64,000 nucleotides of DNA. Origin: Octopus vulgaris (taxonomy: Eukaryota). Positions 53,150-64,000 of this stretch are shown here, piece by piece. Position 1 is the first letter of the stretch; every line of letters begins with the position of its first letter. Where the stretch lies: positions 120,962,001-121,026,000 of the forward strand of contig OX597819.1 of assembly GCA_951406725.2 (NCBI GenBank), read 5' to 3'. Below the pieces are notes generated by a model. The model searched no databases and was not told the DNA's origin. It worked only from the letters and a program-made list of their open reading frames with translations. The translations under genes and the position numbers were made by a program.

Positions 53150-53800
53150 TCTCTCTCTCTCTCTAACCGCTCAGTCGAAGTCGACTCTCGGTCATTCGTT
53201 GGATCAGTGTTATCCAGTCAGTTCTATCCTGGGCCGCTTCTTTCAGATTGGCTATGTCCATTCCGGTATCCCTCTTGTTGGTGTCAAGCCAGCGAGTTCT
53301 TGGTCGGCCTCTTCCTCTCTTGCCACAGACCATTCCGAGCATGATGTCCTTCTCCAGGGATTTTCTCCGCATAATATGACCGAAATATGCCAATCTATGC
53401 TTGGTGATCCTAGCTTCTAGCGACATTTTCGGCTAGATCTGGTTAAGAACTTCTCCATTGGTGAGCCGCGCTGTCCATGGAATCCGTAAAAGTCTTCTCC
53501 AACACCAAAGCTCGAATGCATTAATTCTCTTCTAGTCAGCTTTCTTTAGTGTCCGGGAGTCGCATCCATATGTTGCCATTGGGAAGACAATTGCATTCAC
53601 CAATCTGCATTTGGTAGCGAGTCTGATGTTTCTACTCTTCCAGACCCTGCTCATGCTGACCATTGCCTCTCTGCCTAGTACTATCCGCCGCGTTATTTCT
53701 GGAGTGCAGTCACCATCTCGATTTATTTTGATGCCAAGGAAGATGAAACCATCAACCACTTCAATCTCTTCATTATCGATCTTGATAAATAGGTTCAGTT
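53150..53800 (-). pseudogene. BovB-like RTE LINE 3' fragment with (GA)n tail
   Basis: FIFLG...VFPMATYGCDSRTLKKAD*KRINAFELWCWRRLLRIPWTAR...YFGHIMRRKSLEKDIMLG...GRPRTRWLD; two in-frame stops, frame otherwise continuous. Confidence 0.9.
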
Positions 53801-54224
53801 TAGCTAAATTGATCTAGAATGAGATTCCGATGTATTTATCGAGATATCTCGAGGTTACAAAGAAAAAGCGAAAGCAGTGAAATGTGAATCGTAAAGGAAT
53901 AAAGTTTCAGGATTGAAACGAATCATAAGGAACCGTTAAGTTCTTAGTAAATTAGGTCTTTTGACGGATAAAGTTGCGTGTTTCAAACAATGGATTCGGT
54001 TGTGGTTCAGTATTTTGGATGCGATGTCATTTTTGCGATATTGCTTCATACAGAACACATAGGTACACACACACACATACACACACATACATACACACAC
54101 ACACATACACACACACAGGAGCACGCTCAGGAGCACGCACACACACACACACACATACATGCATTATGTGCGTGCGTGTGTAAATAGAGAGAAGGGGAGG
54201 GAGGGACTGGAGAGGGAGATATAC

Positions 54225-54290
54225 AGATAGGCCGATAGACAGATAAATAGATAGATAGACAGACAAACAGACAGACAGACAATCAGACAT

Positions 54291-54379
<89 letters not shown>

Positions 54380-54392
54380 GGATGGATGGATG

Positions 54393-54459
<67 letters not shown>

Positions 54460-54550
54460 GGATGGATAGATAGGTGGCAGGTGAGTGGGGGGGTATGTAG
54501 GTAGTAGGCAGGCAGGTAGGTAGGTAGGTAGGCAAATTGGTAGGTAGGTA
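54225..54550. repeat. Compound (GACA)/(GATA)/(GGAT)/(GGTA)n microsatellite
   Basis: Direct reading. Confidence 0.95.
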
Positions 54551-54794
54551 GTTGGGGATATATTCAAGGAGCTTTTGCGGAGTATTCTTCGTCTACCAAA
54601 TCACTCATTAGAGAACTTACTTCCCGGTGTAAGTAGATTTCTGGCCGAAGATGTCGCGCTGGAGTCCTGAAGAAAGAAATACGTGGTTCCAAAGTGAACT
54701 TCTTCAGAAGTCGGGAAGGTCTGTATTTCAAAAAATTATGACAAAACTGTATCATAATTCTGATCTGCCATTGTGCTGACTATAGGCAAAACCT

Positions 54795-55320
54795 TAACAA
54801 TCCCGAGGGAGTATTTATTCCCACTTAAAGATGGATGTTTTGTTCGAATAAACTTTCCTGTGGTAGATTCCACGAGAAGGCTTTTGGTGCAGAATGCACG
54901 CTTGTTTATATCGCCAGGGGTGATAAATCCCCATCAACTCCACGTTCGGTATTAATATTCCCTCTGTCGTTAATATATATATTTTTTTAAGAAATGGCTA
55001 ATCGCGACACCAATCCCTGTTTAGAACTGATTTTCTATGTATCTCACGGGGAGAGATGAGTCGCTGATATAATTAGCGGTTGAGCGCCAATCACCGATAA
55101 GATCAACGAAGGTCAAAATCACGTGATCTGATGGTGTCTGTGCTGGTGTTTGTGAGGAGTTGTCTCCCCGTTGGCGATATAAACAAACAAGCTTGCATTC
55201 TGCGCCAAAAGCCTCTGGAAGAGTTTCTCTCACTGGATCTACCCCATTAAATCTTGTTCCAACATAACATCCATGTTTAAATACGAATAAATACTTTCCC
55301 ATCGGTATTGGTACCGCCTC
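54795..55320. mobile_element. MITE-like element with long diverged inverted arms
   Basis: aggcttttggtgcagaatgcacgcttgtttatatcgcca / tggcgatataaac...gcttgcattctgcgccaaaagcct; agtatttattc / gaataaatact. Confidence 0.65.
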
Positions 55321-55374
55321 TGTTACTATTATGTATATTTATTAACGATCTTCGCGAATTCTTTTCTTTACATA

Positions 55375-55705
55375 GGCGCAGGGCGGCTGTGTGGTAAGAA
55401 GCTTATTTCCCAAACAAATGGTTCACAGTCCAGTCCCACTGGGTGGCAACTTGGGCAAGTATCTTCTACTATGGCCTCGGGCCGACCAAAGCCTTTTGAG
55501 TGGGTTTGGTACACGGAAACTGAAGTAATCCCGCCATAAACACTACAAGAACTGGAGATTGTTTTAGCTGAAGAAGGGACAACATTTCTTTTCGGCAAAA
55601 GAGTATTAAGCTTACAAAGAATATGCCCTGGGATCGATTTGTTCGACTAAAGGCGGTGCTCCAGCGTGGCCGCAGTCAAATCACTGAAACAAATAAAGAA
55701 ATAAA
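55375..55705 (+). mobile_element. SINE family A, diverged
   Basis: ggcgcagggcggctgtgtggtaag...ggcggtgctccagcgtggccgcagtcaaa. Confidence 0.85.
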
Positions 55706-55823
55706 ATAAAAACAAAATTATGTGTTTGTGTGTGTGTGTGAGAAAGAGGCTTTTCCTCCTCCATATGGGCCAGCAGGTTTTGGGAAACCTCAAGTAATCC
55801 CCCAAACCGGCCCTCTCCATTTC

Positions 55824-55878
<55 letters not shown>

Positions 55879-57449
55879 TTAGAGAGAAACCACTATGGGG
55901 ACACCCTTATGCTAGAAATAGAACCGCTACGGACTCACCACTAAAAATGTTCTCAAGAACAAATTAGCAAAACAACCAAAACATATCGAGCAAGACAAAA
56001 GAAAAAATAATAAAAATAAGTATTATTCGTATACATGTTTCACTATCAACAAATTACGTAATTGTCCGTAGGTCATCGGTACGACTATCCAGGTGAATAT
56101 AATTTGTAGGACTGCATACTAGGACGACCGCACAAAGTCAGACTTGTAAAACAGTCTTACCCATTACACTCGTGGCTACTATTTCAAATGTCCTTGTCTT
56201 GGCACGCTAAATTACCGGAAAAACTGATGCTGCAGATAATACTTTACTACAGCGGCCTTTGCCGGTTAGAGAACTTATTAGTTTAATTTTAAGTAAATCG
56301 ATGTTAATAAAATTAATATCTAATTTCTCACCCTCATTTTAAATTTCTATATATATATTGGTGTATATTTATGGGTTTTCTGGGAAATATCTTCTCGTCA
56401 GAGACATGGAATTACTAATTATAATCGATGCTACTCTAAAATCACAATTAAGGAGTTAATCCAGGAGTTCTTTCCATTCCCAAGCAGTATTGTTTTAGTA
56501 TAATTTATATAATTATATATAATTAGTGGCAATATAATTTAGTGGCAATATGAAGCAGCTTATAGCAACAGCGCTCCTTGAAGCTGGGTTAAAGAAGAAT
56601 ACCAACGAAAGACCCTTTTGTATAGAGCAAACGTATCCTTAAACTACAAGCGAATGTGTAACATGGCACTCACGGAAATCCCGTTTAAGATACGTCATAA
56701 CCAACACATGCATTCGTTTAAATTTAGGTAAAGAATGATCTTCACTCCCCCTTGTCGATAGGCCTACATAACAAAGAACAGCAGAATGAACTACATTTCT
56801 GTATGTTGAAGTATCATTAGTTTTTTTTTTTTTATGTGGCAACTGTCGAACTAACAAACGTTCGAGGAATTTCATTTCCTTTAGAGTTGGAGACACAAAT
56901 ACTCAGAGATTTCTTTGGAATGCCAAATGTTTTTCGAAACATATAAAATAGCGTATTTTATTAAAAGAATCCGCAGCCCATTGAATGTGATGACGTAATC
57001 AAATAAATAGCTGTTAGAGATAGTAACGTTACGAAATTTAACTTCTAAATTATCAATTCAATTTTGATAAAGTCTGCTTCGTGTGTGTTAAATGATCTTT
57101 CTGCATGCACAAGAATATAATACGTTAATTTTATATGCCATCCAGAAATTCGTATAAAAATACACAAACAGATACACACATATATATATATACAAAAACA
57201 CGAATACACACATATATAAAGAGGGTGAGAGAGGTAAGAGAGTAGGAAAAGAGACAAATGCAGATAGGTAGATGTACATACATATCCGTCTATACAAAGA
57301 GAGACATGTCTGTAAATGTGCACGTATATTTGTGTCTGTATGCGTGTGTGTGTGTGCATGTGAGTGTATGTATATACATAATACATACATATATATGTAT
57401 ATACATATATATACGTACATACACATATATAAATGTTTATACATGGATG

Positions 57450-57482
<33 letters not shown>

Positions 57483-57932
57483 GTATGTATATATGTATAT
57501 ATATGTGTGTATGTGTATATCAGTTCAAAGATATATGTGTATGTATATATAATTAGGAACACGCGTACACACACACATATGTATGCATATGTATGTATTC
57601 TTGTATATGTATATACGCACATATATACTTATATAGGTAGATTGATACATAGATAGATAAGTGGGAGAGATAGATATATTCATTATAAATATTGTAGATG
57701 TATGCAAATATGTATACGTATATAAGAACACAGATATATACACCCACACATATACACACACACAGACACACAGACACACACACACATACACGTGCATATA
57801 TTTACAAACGAACGCATGCGCATGAATTAAATGATCAGCACAGCAACAGCTCCAAGCAATCATATTCATTTAATACACTTCTCTACCTATACATCAATTT
57901 ACATCTATATATATGTTTATATATACATACAT

Positions 57933-57965
<33 letters not shown>

Positions 57966-58012
57966 GACATATACATACATATATATAAAGACACGAATAT
58001 ATATATATATAA

Positions 58013-58081
<69 letters not shown>

Positions 58082-58818
58082 TATATATGTTTGTTCCAAT
58101 GTAGATATGTGTGTATGTACCCATGTATCTGTATATATATGTCCATATATATATGTGTGTGTATGTGTGCATGTATGTTCTACTCCAAGAATTAATCGAA
58201 TGCTGACAATGATCTAACGAAATATCAGATATACTGGTTATATATAACATTGCATGTGCAGATACCAATTCTTCATGATATTAATTCATGGTATCACCAA
58301 AGTATATCTACTGAATGTAGCCATATTGGCGCATGATGTTATCTCATATAGAATTTATATACGTATTTAGATATATGTTTATCTAATATGGGAAATATGC
58401 ATTTAGATATCAGTTTATCTAATATACGATATATATATATATATATGTGTGTATGTGCTTGTGTGTGAACGTGTGTACGAGTGTGTACGTGTACGTATAT
58501 ATATATATGGTTAGATAACGGTTTATCGGATATACAAAATATGCATTTAGATATGTGGAGATATCTTACAATACACTAAAGTAAGAGAAAGGAAAATAGT
58601 CAGGGGAATTAATAGTGTTCTGTGCCAGTTAACAAATTATAGACAGGTTCCATGGTAATGCGTAGATGTGTAGATATGTGTATGTATATTGGCGCACGTG
58701 TGTGCATATATATATATATATATATGTGTGTGTCTGTGTGTGTATGTGTGTATTTATGTATATGTAAATATGTACGTATATGCATTTTCATGCGTATATT
58801 AGTGAGTATATATGTATG

Positions 58819-58869
<51 letters not shown>

Positions 58870-59027
58870 GTACAAGGTCATAATGCGTATGTGTGTAGAT
58901 AGTTATTTTTATACCATGTACTTGCGTATGTATATATGTATATGAATATGTATGTATATATATATATGTATGTATTTATGTATATATATATATATACATA
59001 CATATATATATACATACATTTATATTC

Positions 59028-59058
<31 letters not shown>

Positions 59059-59751
59059 CATACATTTATATTCATATATATATATGCGTGTGTGTGTCTG
59101 TGTGTGTGTATGTATGTATCAGTGTGCACTTCGTACAAATACCTATAGGTATGCATGTATGAATGTGTGCATATATAAATATATATGTGTCTATGTGTGC
59201 ATGTCTAAGTGTGTATGTATAATACGGGTGTGTTAGAGTTAAGTGAAGAGGGTGGAGGGGTAGACTAAATATGATTTTCTTCTGTTCTCATATTTGAGTC
59301 GACGTGCGATGAGGTTGTCTTTTGGATCTACGTGTGTTGTGCAGACTTGTTAGAAAACAACACTCTCATACTAACACACACAGACGATTATACATACATA
59401 CACACACACATATATATATATATATATATGCATCTGCGTGTGTTTGTATCGGTATATGTGTTACTATGGTTTGTGTTGTGCAAAATGCGTAATGTCATTT
59501 CAATATTTTTGCAATACAGATAGCTCTTACCTTGAGCAAATCTTGCATATAAGAAAGTTTTAAGAGTACGTGGCCAGCAATTAGATGTTGATAATATATT
59601 TTTATATTTACATTTTGTGATTGTGGAGGAACACAGTACAAATTACGCAGATAGAAATACAATTTGTAGGTTGGTTGAGCAGCTATGACGATAAATAACA
59701 TCATTTTTTTAAACACTAAAATAGGAATAAACAGTAAATATAAGCTGTGGA

Positions 59752-60428
59752 AGTGGATGTGTGCGGCTTAGAGGTTAAGGTGTTGGACTCATGATCGTAA
59801 GATTGTGGTTTCGATTCCTGGACTGGGCGACGCATTGTGTTCTTGAGGAAAACATTTTATTTCACGTTGCTCCAGTCCACTCAGCTGGCAAAAATGAATA
59901 ACCTTGCGATAAATCGGTGTGCGAAATTTCTTTTCCTGCGAGAGTTCCGGACCGCAGTGATTAACTCATTTGCATACAGCCAATCAGAGCTGCCCTTGGC
60001 CTTGTTATCAAGTTAACAAACACACTCTACCAAGTAAACTCAAGACGAAGAACGGTGATGTAAGTCGATCGATCGCCAAGTTATGCCTGATTTTAGAAGA
60101 AGACAAGTAATTAGATAGATTTGCATCTATATAGGATTTTGTTAGGGTCCTATATGGGGAAAATGTGGATGGGATAAATGTGAAAAACACAAATAGCTAC
60201 GCAGCCATGGATGAAGCAAGAACAAGAACAACAAGCATTATTAAAAGAGAAAAGAAGCATGGTCCTTCCTTAACCAAGTGACCTTATCTTATCGCCTATC
60301 ACCTGTTATGCGCTGATAAATTTGTTTGATAGCTGAGTTCTTGCTGTATGCAAATGAGTTCATAACTGGGGTCTGGAACTCTCGTGAGAAAAAAATTTCC
60401 GCGACCGGCGTCTCGTTCAGGTGGGGAA
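59752..60428 (+). mobile_element. tRNA-derived SINE family C interrupted by a MITE
   Basis: Matches 63072-63255 on both sides of the 59921-60402 insertion. Confidence 0.8.
59921..60402. mobile_element. Mutator-like MITE (~70-bp TIRs, probable 9-bp TSD)
   Basis: gcgaaattt...cgagagttcc...aactcatttgcatacagc / gctgtatgcaaatgagtt...ggaactctcg...aaatttccgc; flanks aatcggtgt / gaccggcgt correspond to a single gactggcgt in the uninterrupted copy. Confidence 0.75.
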
Positions 60429-60447
60429 TATATATATATACGCCATT

Positions 60448-60680
60448 AAGGCGGCGAGCTGGCAGAAACGTTAGCACACCGGGCAAAATGCGTGGTAGTA
60501 TTTCGTCTGCCGTTACGTTCTGAGTTCAAATACCGCCGAGGTCGACTTTGCCTTTCATATTTTCGGGGTCGATTAAATAAGTACCAGTTACGCACTGGGG
60601 TCGATGTAATCGACTTAATCCCTCTGTCTGTCCTTGTTTGTCCCCTTTGTGTTTAGCCCCTTGTGGGTAGTAAAGAAATA
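60448..60680 (+). mobile_element. SINE family B monomer
   Basis: aaggcggcgagctggcagaaacgttagc...gtagtaaagaaata. Confidence 0.9.
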
Positions 60681-60698
60681 TATATATATATATATATA

Positions 60699-61075
60699 CA
60701 CTACCGTCAGAAATTAATTAGCACCCTTGATTTGCTCTTCACTCAAGGTATGTGCTGTCACCTAGTGGCTATATCTCGAACTATTGCTTTGTTGCGAGTT
60801 CACTGTTGCGCAGAACGATGACGTAACTTTGTTTGCAGAGCAGTTTGAGAGTCTACAGCCTTATGATGTTGACATAGCAGTGCAACAACTTGGAGTGCGG
60901 ATGCAGACAAATCTTCCTTTGTTTAATAGATATAGGTAGCGCCTCGCAAGGACCGAAATCACACCATACTAAGTTTTCTCATCGCGTAAGACGTTTTGAA
61001 AAGCTCATAGGTTAATTGATTTAACCTATTTAATGTAGAAATTTGAGAAGTGCTAATTAATTTCTGACGCACGTG
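60699..61075. mobile_element. Tc1/mariner-type MITE
   Basis: TA-cactaccgtcagaaattaattagcac ... gtgctaattaatttctgacgcacgtg-TA. Confidence 0.85.
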
Positions 61076-61919
61076 TATATACGCCATTGAAACCGAGAAT
61101 CCGGCCCTCATGAACCTGACGTGGTTCGTGAAGGAAATTTTTATTTCTTTAATTATAAGCTGTATAAGCAAAATTAGGGTTTCAAATTTTGTCACATGAC
61201 CAGCAGTTTTCGAGAAAATGATTAAGTCCAGTAAATCCACCCCTGGTTCTGCTGGTTCTTATTTATCGACAGCGAGAAGATAAAGGAGAAAGTCGAGCTG
61301 GGAGGAAGATGAAATCAGAACACAAAGTACGAGAAAAACTAACGCTAGGCACTTTCTAAGTTGTGTTACCGATTCTGCCATTTCATCACCTTTTAGAAGC
61401 AAAATAGCGATGACAAATATCCTTTCCATAAGGAGCACAAGCCCTATAATTTGGGAATTAGGGGGCAAGTATGTCGTTTCAAACCCAGGACTAAACTGGT
61501 AGTGTGTAGCAATTTTCTTTACTACACCTGTGAGTGACGACCCTGCCTGACACGCATCCAGGGCTCAGCTATCTCCGGCTGACAGTACCCGGTATGGGCC
61601 CCTATCCAGGGTTACTGAAAAGAAACAACCTTCAAAGAAATCCGGAGTGGAGTCCTCCGTAGTCGGTTTAGTGTTGGACTCGACACTCTTCCGGCAGCTC
61701 CTGCTACCAACCTGGTGCCAAACGTAATGCCCTGCACTCCTTTGGACTACGTCAGCAAGGTCGAGAGAGGAATCCTGACGATTGGGCTACCCAGGATTTT
61801 CTTACATCTAGCCCAGGCCTGTGCAAAACTGGAGAAGAAACTGGGGAGAAAATTTCAGTGTTGAATAACTCCATTGTCTCCCGAGACAAAAGGATGCCAA
61901 CAGCAACAACAAAATCAAC

Positions 61920-62535
61920 GCAATTGGTACTTTGTTTATCGACCCCGAAATGATCAAAAGCAAATCGACCCCGTCGGAATTTGAACTCAGAACGTAATGA
62001 CGGACAAAATGCCTCTAAGGGGTCAATGTAATTGAACAACTCACCTCTCAGAAATTGCTGGCCTTGTGTCAAAATTGGAAATCAGCCTGTTAGCACGCCG
62101 GATAGAATGCTTAGTTGCATTTCGGCTGTTCTTACGTTCTGGGTTCATATTCCACCGAAGTCGACTTTATCCCTCATCTTTTCGGAGTTGAGAAAATAGG
62201 TACCAGTTGAACACTGGTGGTGGTGGTGGTAAGGTGGTGAGGGGTCAATGTAATCAACTTAGACCATCCCCCGAAATTGCTGGCCTTGTGCTAAAATTTG
62301 AAACCAATAATTTGATAAAATAAGATGGTAAGCTGGCAGAATCGTTAGCACGCCAGGCAGAATGATTAATGACATTTCGACAGTCTTTACGTTCTGAGTT
62401 CAAATTCCACCGAGGTTAACTTTATATTTCAACCTTCCGGAATCGATAAAATAATTACCATTTGAGCATTTGGATCAATGTTATTGATTTATGCCTTCCA
62501 TCGAACTTGCTGGCCTTGTGCAAAAATTTGAAGCC
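61920..62535. mobile_element. Cluster of diverged SINE B copies in both orientations
   Basis: ggaatttgaactcagaacgtaa (-) and ttacgttctgagttcaaattcc (+) units, tails gctggccttgtgc. Confidence 0.75.
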
Positions 62536-62748
62536 ACTATTTTCATAAACTTCACGGTCTATAACGTCAACACAGAACTGCCTCTTCAAGTGAATTCTGC
62601 TCACCAAATGTTAATTCTAAACCGTAAAACAATGAATAGACATCAGTCCACTACATTCGAAGAAGCAAATTTTTTCTCACTTCCCTTATTGTATCTAGAT
62701 TTTGTCCAACATAACAATGATGCCGAACCGGAATCTTAAGCTAAAATC

Positions 62749-63017
62749 ACTTTGGAGCAATGATTGTTTGCCAACATATCATGGTAGTCCTGGTTTAGGA
62801 CGAATGTTGCTGTAATTTAGCCCCAGGAGACATCGTCTCCAGCTAGCTGTACGACACGATCTGTGTCCTTATATTTTCGAACAAGAGAATTTAGCACCCC
62901 AACTCAGCTCAAAGCAATATCTGTGTATTGGAAATCGTGATGGGGCTAAATTATAGCAACATTCTTCCTAAACCAGGACTGCCATGTTATGTTGGCAAAC
63001 AGTCTTTACTACAAAGT
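62749..63017. mobile_element. MITE-like element with >=61-bp inverted arms
   Basis: 62765-62825 and 62941-63001 are reverse complements with about 4 mismatches. Confidence 0.8.
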
Positions 63018-63071
63018 ACTGTTGCTGAATATCTCCCGTTGTGAGATTTAAAAACAGTAATTTTCTAAAAG

Positions 63072-63325
63072 TGGAGGCGCGTGGCTTAGTGGCTAGGGTG
63101 TCAGCATCGAGATCGTAAGATTGTGGTTTCGATTCCTGGACCGGGCGACGCGTTGTGTTCTTGAGCAAAACACTTCATTTCACTTCGCTCCAGTCCACCC
63201 AGCTGGCAAAAATGAGTAACGCTGCGATGGACTGGCGTCCCGTCCAGTTGGGGAACACTTCCCCACTGAAACCGGGAAACCGGGTCCATGAGCCTGGCTA
63301 GGCTTTAAAAGGACGCATTTATTCA
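63072..63325 (+). mobile_element. tRNA-derived SINE family C, full length
   Basis: A box tggcttagtgg, B box ggtttcgattcc, body ttgagcaaaacactt...gcgatggactggcgtcccgtccag. Confidence 0.85.
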
Positions 63326-64000
63326 TTTCAATTTTCTAAAAACACTTTATATTTCGTTTTTGCATTCGGTTTGCTATGTACTTAATGAGAACATCTGTGT
63401 TGAGGCATATTTTTCTGTATCTCGAGAGTGTCCTTGTACTAATAATAAATATACTCACTGGTTGTACTACTTATATTACTATTAGTCAATTTGCTTACAT
63501 TTACTAATTAACTAATCGATTGTTTCAATAATTGTTCAGTCTACTGATCAACCTTTTACGTTTGTCAAAATCATTTCGTCGCCTTCTGCGATCTGATCAA
63601 TGACCTACCATCTCGACACCAGGTCGGTTTGTCTCTTCCCTAGTTTAAAAGTTTGCTTGGCTCTTGTTTATTTAAAGACTCAATTATGCTGTTCTGACTA
63701 TAACAATATATTCTATTTGTCACCTTTTAGATCTGTTAAAGCTATTCATCTAGTAAACAATGTAACTTTACCTAGTTGTACATCTTGTTTGGTTTTCATG
63801 GGTTCGTATTCTTGTACCGTATATTTCTTTGGTATATACATATATTGACACAAACGTTATGCCACGCTCAATTTTCTTGTTTGCTGCAAGGAGGAGGCTC
63901 TTATTTTCAAGACTAAGACAGAAAAAATATGTATTCTTTCTCAAATGGTTTGTCAATCAATATAACGTTGACTGTTATTCTTCTCTTTATAATCATCCTT

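Overview
AT-rich, repeat-saturated animal DNA, either intergenic or deep intronic. The SINE families and very long (TA)n/(CATA)n/(CTAT)n tracts suggest an octopod cephalopod (inference). I see no intact host gene; nearly all listed ORFs are microsatellite translations. Recognisable content: two near-identical CR1-type LINE copies (one ~2 kb RT pseudogene), three RTE-clade fragments (one BovB-like), an L2/CR1-like 3' end, dozens of tRNA-derived SINE copies from at least four families, two non-autonomous Helitrons and several MITEs. The main hidden signal is about 20 minimal type-I hammerhead-ribozyme motifs of the kind known from Penelope-like elements. They belong to several short, apparently non-coding families that end on (TA)n tracts and often form fold-back inverted repeats. 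The cores show C3-G8, U3-A8 and G3-C8 versions of the tertiary pair, plus stem covariation. One copy folds back at the predicted cleavage site, and one motif sits behind a tRNA-like Pol III head. All calls were made by eye; no database search or folding program was run, and repeat boundaries are approximate.
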